Shown here one piece after another: positions 20,633 through 30,169 of a stretch of DNA of 64,000 nt. Under the pieces are notes generated by a model that did not search any database, was not told the DNA's origin, and worked only from the letters and a program-made list of their open reading frames with translations. Within the stretch, counting starts at the first letter, position 1; each line of letters starts with the position of its first letter. The DNA is from Candidatus Bathyarchaeota archaeon (lineage in GTDB: Archaea; Thermoproteota; Bathyarchaeia; Bathyarchaeales; Bathycorpusculaceae), in the NCBI GenBank assembly GCA_963832745.1, contig CAWHVC010000004.1, positions 64,001 through 128,000 on the forward strand. The letters run 5' to 3'. The translations under genes were made by a program, and so were the position numbers.

Positions 20633-21201
20633 ACATAACCCGTTTAGGCCTTGTTTGCCTTATCATCGGTTTAATCATAATGGTTAACGCTGCCTCATCA
20701 CATGTGGCTCGAGCATCGATTTCCAACAACGGCGAGGTGGACCCGGGCGAGACAGCGTGTAAAATCCTGTTTATGGCGCCTGTAGGTCAAGGCAACCTGA
20801 CAGTAGGATACAACGTAGAACCAGGAAAGCCTAGCCCAATGCCTGAATTTTTCCCTGCATTTGTTGAGTTGCCTGTTCACCTAAAAATCATAGGCCCCAG
20901 CGACAAGACGATACTTGAACAAGACATAATCACACCCGCCAGCATCCCAATTAATTTCGATACAAGAGGCGAATACAAAATATACGTAACCAACAATGGT
21001 TCGGAACGCACTGGCATAGCAATCGGCAAAACATTTGAAATGAACAATCCTCAAAACCGTGAAGCAGACAAATACTTGCTTTCAGAAACTCTGATTGTTG
21101 TCGGTGCGGTTGTTGTAGCCGTTGGGTTAACGTTGAATCTGGTATCTAAGCTGAGAAATAATGCCAGGTCTAAAAGCTACGTGGGAAGTGTGAAACAATG
21201 A
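20623..21201 (+). CDS. Membrane protein with an extracellular beta domain (copy A)
   Basis: Paralogue of 24717..25286 (LFMAPVG.GN.T, RGEY, READK.L.S); homology extends upstream to an ACG at 20623. Confidence 0.7.
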   Translation, partial: TRINITRLGLVCLIIGLIIMVNAASSHVARASISNNGEVDPGETACKILFMAPVGQGNLTVGYNVEPGKPSPMPEFFPAFVELPVHLKIIGPSDKTILEQDIITPASIPINFDTRGEYKIYVTNNGSERTGIAIGKTFEMNNPQNREADKYLLSETLIVVGAVVVAVGLTLNLVSKLRNNARSKSYVGSVKQ

Positions 21202-21923
21202 AACGCTATCTCCCCATTCTTACCCAAGGCTGGCTTCCACAAGACCCGTATATTCCGAGTCACCTAAAAATTGTCTCTAATAGGCATAGACGGATAGGCA
21301 AGGCAAAAACTATTGCTGGATCAACTTTGTTACTTATAGGCCTAATTGCGCTGGTAGCGTCGGTTATGGCTATACAGCAGACGCGCGAGATCCATAGTGA
21401 CTCTTATGTCTTGGAACCTAACCAGAAAAGCGGCGAGGTTTCAACAGGAGGCGGACACCATTCTGTAACCGTAGTGCACTCCTTTGAGGGTAAAATTATT
21501 GTTGAAGGGAAAAATGTAGAGTTTAAAGTCGTTAGTAGAGAACCGACAGTGATGACGTTTGATTTTAATGGAAAAAAGAGAAATCAAACTGTTTATTTGC
21601 GGGATTCAGAAACTCATGAAGTACTCAGCCAAACAGTCGATGGCACATACGCATTCAATCTTCCTGCAAACGGGGACTATCACTACGAATATATTGTCCA
21701 AAATACAGGTAGCCAGCAAGCAAGAATAAACTTTCAACTAAACGAGACACAAATAACTATTGGCATGCTGATGCTCGGCGCAATTGTACTTTTAGTTACT
21801 GCTCTTCCGGGAACACTTCTAATCGTAAGTGGACGTAGAAGCAGAAAAGCTACATCCAGCAAAGCTGGCAAACTTAATTTTTCCAAACTTATGCCTGATG
21901 CAGGGCTGGGTGGCCAACAATGA
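21198..21923 (+). CDS. Membrane protein with N-terminal GWLPQDP motif (copy A)
   Basis: Paralogue of 25283..25966; two TM helices. Confidence 0.7.
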   Translation: MKRYLPILTQGWLPQDPYIPSHLKIVSNRHRRIGKAKTIAGSTLLLIGLIALVASVMAIQQTREIHSDSYVLEPNQKSGEVSTGGGHHSVTVVHSFEGKIIVEGKNVEFKVVSREPTVMTFDFNGKKRNQTVYLRDSETHEVLSQTVDGTYAFNLPANGDYHYEYIVQNTGSQQARINFQLNETQITIGMLMLGAIVLLVTALPGTLLIVSGRRSRKATSSKAGKLNFSKLMPDAGLGGQQ

Positions 21924-21944
21924 TTGCTCAAACAAAAGTTTTAA
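21841..21944 (+). repeat. Diverged copy of the regulator 3' end and ABC-gene start (18785..18889); duplication scar
   Basis: GCAGAAAAGCTACATCCAGCAAAGCTGGCAAAC..TTTCCAAACTTATGCCTGATGCAGGGCTGGGTGGCCAACAATGATTGCTCAA matches 18785-18889. Confidence 0.85.
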
Positions 21945-22951
21945 GCCGCTTACAAAAGCCAGTCTTAGCAGTATCTTGCATGTTGCTTTGTCTGCTTCCT
22001 ATCTTCTTTATCTCTCCTGCAACAGGCGTAACGGATAATTCTTTTCCGTCGTCATTTTATGTTACATTCAAAGGAGACCTGCAACTTGGTCACTCACCCG
22101 GTGACGATACAACAGAGGACGCACATGCTGTGCAATTTTTGAATGGAACATATTACTTAGCTAAAACTGTACTTTTCACTTTCGCCATGGAAGAATCCCT
22201 TAATGGTGAATACACTGTCAAGTTTATGCTTACCCTTGATGACTTTTATTATGAAGTAACTTTACCTGCTACTGTTTCAAATGGACGGGTTTACATAGAT
22301 TCCACTCCAACAATGTTTGTCGTAAATCCCAACGAATTAATTAATGATAACATTATCCAGATCTTTCAAACAGAAAACTGGTCTTTTTCTGGCACTGTTA
22401 TGGATGATGGGCGACCAGCGCGAGTAATTACTTTAATTGAAGATTACCATGTGTCTTCAAAAAGAGTTAACGCGTTCTATCAGCAACCTGACGGATCAAA
22501 ATTAATGTTCCAGCCTTTAGTGTTTTATGATCTAACAACGGGTGTACTTGTTGACGCTCCTGAGTACATTATGGATGAGGTGCTTTTTAACAAGGTGGGC
22601 GTGGCTCTTCTCTACAACGGAAACTTTCGTTTGTCGGATTATTCAGAAAACTTGAACTTCACCTTATGGGATTTTACGGATTCATTGAATCCATCCATCG
22701 TATCTAAGCCATCAAATCCGTCGAATCCATCATCATCAAGTGGTGGACAATTAGGCACAACAACACCTTCCTCTCCTTCGAATACTTCATCTGATTCATC
22801 TATTTGGCTAATTTCAATACCTGTACTTGTTGCAGCGTTTATTTTGGTTGGATTTTTAACCTATAAATCAACTTCAAAGAAAAAGAGCGACACGCAAAAA
22901 ACTAACTCAGACAAATTTTCAAAAATCTATCCCACTTATGCATCAAAATAG
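21920..22951 (+). CDS. Secreted protein with Ser/Pro-rich linker and C-terminal TM anchor
   Basis: Hydrophobic N-terminus; SKPSNPSNPSSSSGG linker; TM helix followed by a basic tail. Confidence 0.7.
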   Translation: MIAQTKVLSRLQKPVLAVSCMLLCLLPIFFISPATGVTDNSFPSSFYVTFKGDLQLGHSPGDDTTEDAHAVQFLNGTYYLAKTVLFTFAMEESLNGEYTVKFMLTLDDFYYEVTLPATVSNGRVYIDSTPTMFVVNPNELINDNIIQIFQTENWSFSGTVMDDGRPARVITLIEDYHVSSKRVNAFYQQPDGSKLMFQPLVFYDLTTGVLVDAPEYIMDEVLFNKVGVALLYNGNFRLSDYSENLNFTLWDFTDSLNPSIVSKPSNPSNPSSSSGGQLGTTTPSSPSNTSSDSSIWLISIPVLVAAFILVGFLTYKSTSKKKSDTQKTNSDKFSKIYPTYASK

Positions 22952-23906
22952 GAGGACACAGCTTATGGGTTCTAAAGTTATTGGTGAATTTAAATCTGTA
23001 ACAAAACGGTTTGGCGCTACAACTGCACTTGACGGCCTTAGTTTAGAAATACACCGCGGCATCAATGGGTTAATTGGCCCAAACGGCGCAGGCAAAACAA
23101 CAGCCATCCGACTAAGCTTAGGACTAATCAAACCTAATGCAGGCAAAGCAGAACTATTTGGATTCGACTGCTGGAACAACTCTTACGCAATCCGCAGCAA
23201 AGTAGGCGTTCTATACGAAAAACTCGCCTTCTACGACAACCTCTCAGGACTTGAACAACTAAAGCTAATGGCAAAACTAAAAGGTGCATCCGAGTCTTTA
23301 ACTGAACTAAAAACGCTTTTGAAGCTTGTTGAACTTGACCAGGCAGCTCATGACCGACGTATCGGCGGCTATTCAGCTGGTATGCGTCAAAGACTTGGCT
23401 TAGCACAAGCACTCTTAGGTAATCCGGAGTTGGTGTTTCTTGATGAACCCACTTCAAATTTAGACCCGCTAAATCGAGCCAAAATTCTTGAATTAATAAC
23501 TTTTTTGAATAAAGAAAAAGGCACTTCTTTTTTGATTTCAAGTCACATATTGCCTGAGCTTGAAAGGGTCTGTGACAATTTTATTTTGATGAATAAGGGT
23601 AAATTGTTGCGTCAAGGGGGTTTAGAGCAGATGATTGATAAAACTTGTACAACAAAATTCATTGTTAAAGTACAGCCAATTGGGTCGGTGGCGGCTCTTT
23701 TGAAAGATGAAGATTATGTTGAGGATTTGTCGGCAGTTGATGATTCTTTGCATGTTACAGTGAGTGATGTTGGATTGTTTAAGCAGCGTTTGCCTTTGCT
23801 TATAGGCCAAGCCGGTGCATCTTTGGATGAAGTGAAAATGGTAAAGTCTGATTTAGAAGCCGTTTTTAAATCAGCTGTTGAGGAGGTTCAAGCAGTTGTC
23901 TCTTAA
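22938..23906 (+). CDS. ABC-2 transporter ATP-binding protein (copy B)
   Basis: GPNGAGKTT, YSAGMRQR, FLDEPT, ISSH. Confidence 0.95.
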   Translation: MHQNRRTQLMGSKVIGEFKSVTKRFGATTALDGLSLEIHRGINGLIGPNGAGKTTAIRLSLGLIKPNAGKAELFGFDCWNNSYAIRSKVGVLYEKLAFYDNLSGLEQLKLMAKLKGASESLTELKTLLKLVELDQAAHDRRIGGYSAGMRQRLGLAQALLGNPELVFLDEPTSNLDPLNRAKILELITFLNKEKGTSFLISSHILPELERVCDNFILMNKGKLLRQGGLEQMIDKTCTTKFIVKVQPIGSVAALLKDEDYVEDLSAVDDSLHVTVSDVGLFKQRLPLLIGQAGASLDEVKMVKSDLEAVFKSAVEEVQAVVS

Positions 23907-24726
23907 AGCAGGTTTAGCGTTGCTAAAAGCTGAACTGGGAAAAGTTTGGGCCAGACCAATACTAGAAATTACCGTTGCACTAATGGCAGTAATGGCCACA
24001 TATTTAGTACAGCCTATTACAAAGATTGTTAGTCACTCGACTTTTTCAGTTACTCTTCAATCCGTGGTGACTGAAAATGTGAGTTCTGTTGTATCTTCTT
24101 TGATGCTGCCTTTAGTTGTTATGTGTGCAGTTTTAATGTCTTTATCGTTTGCCCGGGACTATGAGTCGGGGTTAATGCAATCAATTTTATCTGCCCCTGT
24201 ATCTCGTAAAATGCTTTTTACTGTAAAGTTTTTTGCGGTAGTGTTGCCTTTAGCTTTGCTTACTTGGATTTTTACCACATTTTTTGTGGGTCTTACTTTT
24301 TATTCAAGTCCTTGGATTGTTTTACAGTTTTCCTTGTTTGCTCTGCCTGTTTCTTTCTTGTTTTTGATGCTTTGCGGAGGCATAGGCGTTTTAGTTGCTT
24401 TAATGGTAAAGCGTACAATTCCAGCAGTGCTGACATCATTTCTTGTAAACTTTGCCCTTTGGTACCCATCAACAATAATTACTGGAATTGCGTTTATCAG
24501 GGGTGATTTTTTTGCTAATTATTTGTGTTTAACTCCTTATAAAGGGGCTTTGGTTTTTTTGGATAAATTACTTGGTATAGATCCCAAGGTACTTCTTGAA
24601 TATCCATATGCATTGGAACTTTCTCTTTCTGCAGTTGATTTTGGTGTTTTGCAGATTGTTTATGTGTGTATTTTGGTGATTCCATTGTTTGTTTATTTCA
24701 GTCGGAGGTTTGAAATATGCGAATAA
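23878..24726 (+). CDS. ABC-2 transporter permease (copy B)
   Basis: SFARDYESGLMQSILSAPVSR; ends RRFEICE like copy A (RRFEVRE). Confidence 0.85.
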   Translation: MRRFKQLSLKAGLALLKAELGKVWARPILEITVALMAVMATYLVQPITKIVSHSTFSVTLQSVVTENVSSVVSSLMLPLVVMCAVLMSLSFARDYESGLMQSILSAPVSRKMLFTVKFFAVVLPLALLTWIFTTFFVGLTFYSSPWIVLQFSLFALPVSFLFLMLCGGIGVLVALMVKRTIPAVLTSFLVNFALWYPSTIITGIAFIRGDFFANYLCLTPYKGALVFLDKLLGIDPKVLLEYPYALELSLSAVDFGVLQIVYVCILVIPLFVYFSRRFEICE

Positions 24727-25286
24727 ATACTAAAAGACTTGGCTTAATATTGGTGATTCTCGGGGCAATTTTGTTATTTAATGTTTGGACTGCACGAGTT
24801 TGTGAAACAGGAACCCAGCTTGATCCTATTAAGTCTGGTGAGACTTTTGCTTATGGTTTGTTTATGGCTCCAGTTGGTTTGGGGAACATTACTTTTGACG
24901 GAGAGGTTATGAAGGTGATTCCTGGGTCTTCTGGTCCGATAACGGTTAATGCTGCAGTACCTATACATGTGGCGGTTGTTAGTCCGTCAGGTGTTGTTTT
25001 GGTTGATGCGGAAGCTGTTACTCCATGCAGTTTTAAGGTTAATTTTGTCGAGCGTGGCGAATATGTAGTTAATGTAACTAATCTGAGCGATGAAGATAAT
25101 CCTATTCCAGTTGATGTAGAGTATCCAAAGGATACTGGTGTTGTTTATAGGGAGGCTGACAAGTTTCTTGTTAGCGTAATTTTAACGGTAAGTGGAGTGG
25201 TGCTCTTTTGTTTGGGTTTAATTACGTCTTTATTTTTACACAAAAGACAAAGCATAACGAAACAAATTAGAAGTGAGAATCCATGA
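24717..25286 (+). CDS. Membrane protein (copy B)
   Basis: Paralogue of 20623..21201. Confidence 0.7.
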   Translation: MRINTKRLGLILVILGAILLFNVWTARVCETGTQLDPIKSGETFAYGLFMAPVGLGNITFDGEVMKVIPGSSGPITVNAAVPIHVAVVSPSGVVLVDAEAVTPCSFKVNFVERGEYVVNVTNLSDEDNPIPVDVEYPKDTGVVYREADKFLVSVILTVSGVVLFCLGLITSLFLHKRQSITKQIRSENP

Positions 25287-25966
25287 AACTCCACATGCAT
25301 ATCAGAACTCAAGGTTGGCTTCCACAAGACCCCTATATTCCGAGCCACGTAAAAATTGTCTCCAGCAGGCATAGGTGGATAGGTAAAGCAAAGATTGTTA
25401 CTGGGTCAACTTTGCTGTTGATAGGCTTGATTGCGTTGTTGGTATCGATTATGGCTGTGCAGCAGATACGTGAAATTCATAGTGAATCTTGTGTCTTGGA
25501 GTCTAACGAGAAAAGCTTAGTAGGGTCATCAGGCGGCGTATCTTTTTCTCATCCTTACTATAATCGCTGTTTTGAGGGTCGAATAATTGTTGAAGGCAAG
25601 AATGTGGAGCTTAAGGTCGTTAGTAGAGAACCGGTAGTGAAAACGTATGATGTTGATGGAACAAAGGGATACAGCACCGTTTATTCACTGGATTCACCAA
25701 CTCAGGAAATACTCGGTACATTCGTTGATGGTGCATACAAGTTTAATCTTCCCGCGAATGGGGACTATTATGATTATGAATGTAACCTCCAAAATAATGA
25801 CAGTCAGCAGGCAAAAGTAACCTTCCAGGTAAACGAGATACAAACAGATATCGGCAAGCTGATACCCGGCGCAATAGCACTGTTAGTTACTGCTATTCCA
25901 GGAACAGTTCTAATAATAAGTGGGCGTAAAGGGAAAAAGGGCAACTTAGCTGCTCTAACTGCATAA
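25283..25966 (+). CDS. Membrane protein with GWLPQDP motif (copy B)
   Basis: Paralogue of 21198..21923. Confidence 0.7.
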   Translation: MKLHMHIRTQGWLPQDPYIPSHVKIVSSRHRWIGKAKIVTGSTLLLIGLIALLVSIMAVQQIREIHSESCVLESNEKSLVGSSGGVSFSHPYYNRCFEGRIIVEGKNVELKVVSREPVVKTYDVDGTKGYSTVYSLDSPTQEILGTFVDGAYKFNLPANGDYYDYECNLQNNDSQQAKVTFQVNEIQTDIGKLIPGAIALLVTAIPGTVLIISGRKGKKGNLAALTA

Positions 25967-26002
25967 TTTTAACATACCTTTTTCTTGATTTTTTGTATCA
26001 AC

Positions 26003-26048
26003 ACCTAATCCCTGTAGGTTTAGTTTTTACTAAGCTCCAAATAGGTTG
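26003..26048 (+). repeat. Dispersed bipartite intergenic motif, copy 3
   Basis: ACCTAATCCCTGTAGGTTT ... TAAGCTCCAAATAGGTTG. Confidence 0.65.
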
Positions 26049-26132
26049 TTGGTCAAGCGCTTTTTATTCAAAAACTTGTGCTTCACTGTAGTGTTTTGCT
26101 GAAAGACTTAAAATTAGGTTAATGTTTGATTA

Positions 26133-27332
26133 TTGTTGGCGATAGTTATGGATATTGACCAGCGCAAAATCGCTAACATTCACAATTTTTATTCAGACTT
26201 CGAGGAGATGTCAAACCAGCTTTTAGCTTTAAAAGACAATTTTCCCTCAGGCCTAATCATACCTGTTTTTGGCAGTGACATAAAAAGTCCCGGCTTAACA
26301 AAAATAATCAGCGAAATCAACCAATGCACATACCTAAGCAAAATTTTTATTGCACTTTCTGCCCAAACGCCTGAAGATTATGACGAGGCACTAAGGATTA
26401 GTCGAGCCTTCAAGGTTCCCTGCGACGTAGTATGGTGCAATAAGCCAGAAGTTGTAACGGTTTTTGAGGAATTAAAAGCCAAAGGCCTTGACGTTACCCA
26501 GTCATACGGTAAAGGTAAAGACGTCTGGATAGCCATGGGAATCGCGTCACTGGACCTTTTTGCTTTTGCAGTTCACGATGCAGACATTGTTTCTTACACC
26601 AAAATGTTGCCTACACGGATGCTTTACCCGCTTATTGAGCCTAAACTTGACTTTTTCTTCTCCAAAGGTTATTATGCAAGAATTAACCAAGACACCCGAA
26701 AACTGTACGGAAGAATACAACGCCTATTTATCAACCCCCTGCTTGAAGTCCTGCAAGAAAAACTTCGTTACTCCAAGTTTTTAACTTATTTGCAGTCGTT
26801 TAGTTATCCGCTTGCAGGAGAAATTGCTCTTTACTGCGATTTAGCTACACATTTACGGGTGCCAAGTGATTGGGGTTTGGAGATTGGGCTGCTCTCAGAA
26901 GTCTACCGTAATGCTTCCTACGGCAGAATCTGTCAAGTAGACTTGGGCTTTTATGATCATCGCCATAAAGAAATTAGTCACGACGGACTTCTGAAAACCG
27001 CTGAAGACACTCTTATCACGTTGCTTAGAACTTTAACTGAAACAGAAAACGTGGATATTTCCGAATCTTTCCTTACCAGTCTTCAAGTTTCTTACCGGCG
27101 GCTTGCGCAGGATAAGATACGGCAGTACCACGCTGACGCCACATGTAATAAGCTTGTTTTCGACCGTCATGAAGAAGAAGTAAATTTAGAGTCCCTATCT
27201 ACAGTTATTCTTAGTGGCGGGAAGAAGTATCTTGAAAATCCTGTTAGGGCGCAGTTGCCTGACTGGTTACGTACAATGGCTGCGATGCCAAATATTCGCG
27301 AGAAATTGAGGGAGAAAGCGATTGAGCAATAA
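26133..27332 (+). CDS. gpgS: Glucosyl-3-phosphoglycerate synthase-like glycosyltransferase
   Basis: GKGKDVW, HDADI, KGYYAR, LYGR..RL, YPLAGE, DWGLEIG, YDHRH. Confidence 0.8.
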   Translation: MLAIVMDIDQRKIANIHNFYSDFEEMSNQLLALKDNFPSGLIIPVFGSDIKSPGLTKIISEINQCTYLSKIFIALSAQTPEDYDEALRISRAFKVPCDVVWCNKPEVVTVFEELKAKGLDVTQSYGKGKDVWIAMGIASLDLFAFAVHDADIVSYTKMLPTRMLYPLIEPKLDFFFSKGYYARINQDTRKLYGRIQRLFINPLLEVLQEKLRYSKFLTYLQSFSYPLAGEIALYCDLATHLRVPSDWGLEIGLLSEVYRNASYGRICQVDLGFYDHRHKEISHDGLLKTAEDTLITLLRTLTETENVDISESFLTSLQVSYRRLAQDKIRQYHADATCNKLVFDRHEEEVNLESLSTVILSGGKKYLENPVRAQLPDWLRTMAAMPNIREKLREKAIEQ

Positions 27333-28083
27333 AAAAATCGTTATTTTTTCTGACATGGATGGCAGCCTGCTTAATAGTAAGTTTGAGTATGCTGAGGTTG
27401 AGCCGTTTTTGCAGAGGATTTTGTCTCTTGGTGCGGCGTTGGTTCTTGCTAGCAGCAAAACACGTTTTGAACTTGCCTACTACCGGCAACAACTTCACAT
27501 CCAAGATCCATACATAGCCGAAAACGGGTCAGTAATAATAGTGCCCAAACAATACTTCAAGCAAGAACCCAAATTCTCAAAACAATCCCTTGAAGAAGGA
27601 CTAATCGAACTTGGCATACCCTACCAACTTATCCGTGAAAGGTTGGCATGCGTAAAAAACCAAACCGGCGCAGACATCGTTGGGTTTGGCGATTTAACAG
27701 TTGAAGAGGTGGCCAAAGACACCTTGTTGCCTTTGGATTTAGCTGTTTTAGCTAAAAAGCGAGAATACAGTGAACCCTTCAAAATCGTGAGTGGTGATAA
27801 AGCTCAGGTTTTGCAGGCGTTGTGGGCTTCTGGGGTTTGTTATGTTGAGGGTGGCCAGTTTTTAACTGCTTCTGGCTGCGTTGATAAAGGTGATGCTGTA
27901 TCTGTTTTAAGGGATTTGTACTTGGAACAGTTTGACACCGTTTTTACTGTTGGTGTTGGTAATGGGCAAAACGATTTAACCATGTTGGATGTGGTCGATA
28001 AACCCTTTTTCATACGTAATCCTGCCATGATTCGGTCTGTTTGGGCGGAAATCCTGCGTATAGTTGAATCAAATGCGCTTTAA
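27322..28083 (+). CDS. mpgP: Mannosyl/glucosyl-3-phosphoglycerate phosphatase (HAD IIB)
   Basis: FSDMDGSLL, SSKTRFE, IAENGS, REYSEPF, GNGQNDLTML. Confidence 0.85.
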   Translation: MSNKKIVIFSDMDGSLLNSKFEYAEVEPFLQRILSLGAALVLASSKTRFELAYYRQQLHIQDPYIAENGSVIIVPKQYFKQEPKFSKQSLEEGLIELGIPYQLIRERLACVKNQTGADIVGFGDLTVEEVAKDTLLPLDLAVLAKKREYSEPFKIVSGDKAQVLQALWASGVCYVEGGQFLTASGCVDKGDAVSVLRDLYLEQFDTVFTVGVGNGQNDLTMLDVVDKPFFIRNPAMIRSVWAEILRIVESNAL

Positions 28084-28149
28084 TATGCATAATAACTGCG
28101 TTAATGCCTTTGTTTGGTTATCGAATGATTTTTTTATAATAACTCTGTA

Positions 28150-29406
28150 TTGAATTATGGGGAGTTGATTAAAATAACCATTGAATCTTTATCTTTAGAT
28201 GCTAAAGTTTATCTTCATGACATAGAAAGAGCCGACATTATCGTTGGTATTCCAAGTTTTAACAACGTGTTAACGGCTAGTTACGTGATTAGCCAAGTAA
28301 CTAAAGGTTTAGACACATATTTTCCCCAATATCGCTCTGTGGTTTTTGTTTCAGATGGAAACTCTAAAGATGATACTTTAAACTCTATCAAAAAAGTCAA
28401 TTTGCCCTCAGAAGTTAAACTGATTCCAGCAATTTACATTGGTACCTCGGGGAAAGGCAGCGCTGTTCGGGCCATTTTTGAAGCCGCTCGTTACCTGAAA
28501 GTTAAAAGTGTCGCCCTTGTTGATTCGGACCTTCGCAGCATTACTCCTGACTGGATGGATATGCTAATTACTCCAACTCTTAACGGCACCGACTTTGTTG
28601 CCCCATACTATAACCGCCGAAAATATGACGGAACTATTACCAATTTTCTCTGTTACCCCGTAATGCGTAGCCTGTTTGGGAAAGATATTCGGCAACCTAT
28701 CGGTGGCGACTTTGGCTTATCTATTGGGTTGGTTGAGAAGCTTTTAGATTCTCCTCTCTGGGATGCAAGTAATGATGTTTGCCGTTTTGGTATCGACATT
28801 TTTGAAACTTGCACAGCAGTCGCTGGAGGCTTCCGTGTTAAGCAGGCGCTTTTAGGGGTCAAAAATCATGATGCTAAGGATCCTTCGAGTCAGTTGGCAT
28901 CTATGTTTAGGCAAGTAATGAGTACAATGTTTGCTTGCATTGAGCATTATGAGTCTGTCTGGAAGAATGTTCATGGTGTTACTGGAACAGGTTTTGTTGG
29001 CGAAGCAAACTATAAAGAGATTCCAGAGACAATTGAAGTTTCGCTTAAAGAAACAATAGATGCTTACAGTGCCAACTATGACGGTTTTACGGATGTTTAT
29101 CGAGCGGTTTTGGACAGTAGTCTTGTTGGCAAGTTTGAAGAGTTAAAACAAATAGAAACTAAAGCGGTTGATTTTGTGTCTGAAGATTGGGCAAAAACCG
29201 TTTACTCCTTCATAGCTGCTTACCACAAAACCCCTCCAGATGGCAGAGCTAAACTGATTGATGCGTTGCGTGTGCTTTGGATTGGCAGAGTCGCAGTTTT
29301 TCTAAAGGACACTTGGACTGAAACTCGTGTGGAAGCAGAGGCAAAAATTGTCTCCGAAGCCAAGGTTTTTGAAAACTTGAAGGATTACTTTGTGAAAAAA
29401 TACTAA
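28150..29406 (+). CDS. GT2-like glycosyltransferase resembling single-step glucosylglycerate/mannosylglycerate synthase
   Basis: VGIPSFN, SDGNSKD, GKGSA, VDSDLRSITP.W, DGTITN, IRQPIGGDFG, FGIDI. Confidence 0.75.
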   Translation: MNYGELIKITIESLSLDAKVYLHDIERADIIVGIPSFNNVLTASYVISQVTKGLDTYFPQYRSVVFVSDGNSKDDTLNSIKKVNLPSEVKLIPAIYIGTSGKGSAVRAIFEAARYLKVKSVALVDSDLRSITPDWMDMLITPTLNGTDFVAPYYNRRKYDGTITNFLCYPVMRSLFGKDIRQPIGGDFGLSIGLVEKLLDSPLWDASNDVCRFGIDIFETCTAVAGGFRVKQALLGVKNHDAKDPSSQLASMFRQVMSTMFACIEHYESVWKNVHGVTGTGFVGEANYKEIPETIEVSLKETIDAYSANYDGFTDVYRAVLDSSLVGKFEELKQIETKAVDFVSEDWAKTVYSFIAAYHKTPPDGRAKLIDALRVLWIGRVAVFLKDTWTETRVEAEAKIVSEAKVFENLKDYFVKKY

Positions 29407-29679
29407 AAACTTTTTTCTTGTATTCCTCTTAAACTATGAATCAATTTCTGCTGGATTCCAAATTATTTTGAGCAGTTAGCCAGGTTATCGCATGTATACC
29501 GTTTGATTGTTAGTGTAGGTTAGCAGTCACAAGCATTTAACTCAGTCGATTGCTCTCTATATGGTAAATTAAATTTTGGGTATAGAACTCAAATTAGGAT
29601 AATTATCAAAAGCAATGAATCTTTTTTGAGGAGATTTTTTGAAATTGATGAAAATCGTTAAAATCAAAAAAGGTATTAG

Positions 29680-29937
29680 GTGAAAGATATGGGGTTTGGA
29701 AGTTTCATTGGTGGTTTAGGTCTCTGTGTATTAGCAGTTCTGTTTGGATTTTTTGGACTTGTAGATTTATTGGGATTTCTTATTTTTGTTCCGATAGGCT
29801 ATGTTGTTCCATTGGGAATGGGCGTGATAGTAATAGCACTCTTCTTGTTTCTATTTGGGTGGTATTCTTACAAATCGGGCAAACCACAAGGAACAATAAA
29901 TTTCGTAATCAATAGATTTAGGGTTGTTAAGTGGTGA
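29680..29937 (+). CDS. Small membrane protein
   Basis: Two hydrophobic helices. Confidence 0.5.
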   Translation: MKDMGFGSFIGGLGLCVLAVLFGFFGLVDLLGFLIFVPIGYVVPLGMGVIVIALFLFLFGWYSYKSGKPQGTINFVINRFRVVKW

Positions 29938-30044
29938 ATGCAGTGAATAAAGAGCTTAAAAATAAGACAGAAATATCTGAGAAGCTTCTAAAGCAAGGCT
30001 GTTCGCTCCAAGCAAAAGAGGCAATACTCAGATGGTATTCATAA
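29934..30044 (+). CDS. Possible 36-aa micro-protein (..KLLKQGCSLQAKEAILRWYS)
   Basis: Open frame overlapping the upstream stop; below the ORF-track cutoff. Confidence 0.3.
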   Translation: MNAVNKELKNKTEISEKLLKQGCSLQAKEAILRWYS

Positions 30045-30169
30045 TGGGCTATGTTTTTCTCTATATTTTGAATACTTTTGAGCTATCTTAATCGTTTAAT
30101 GTATGCTCGAACTGACTTTCTTTAAAATATGTTTAATTATTTTTCAGCCGTTGAGTTGCTACTGTTTAT

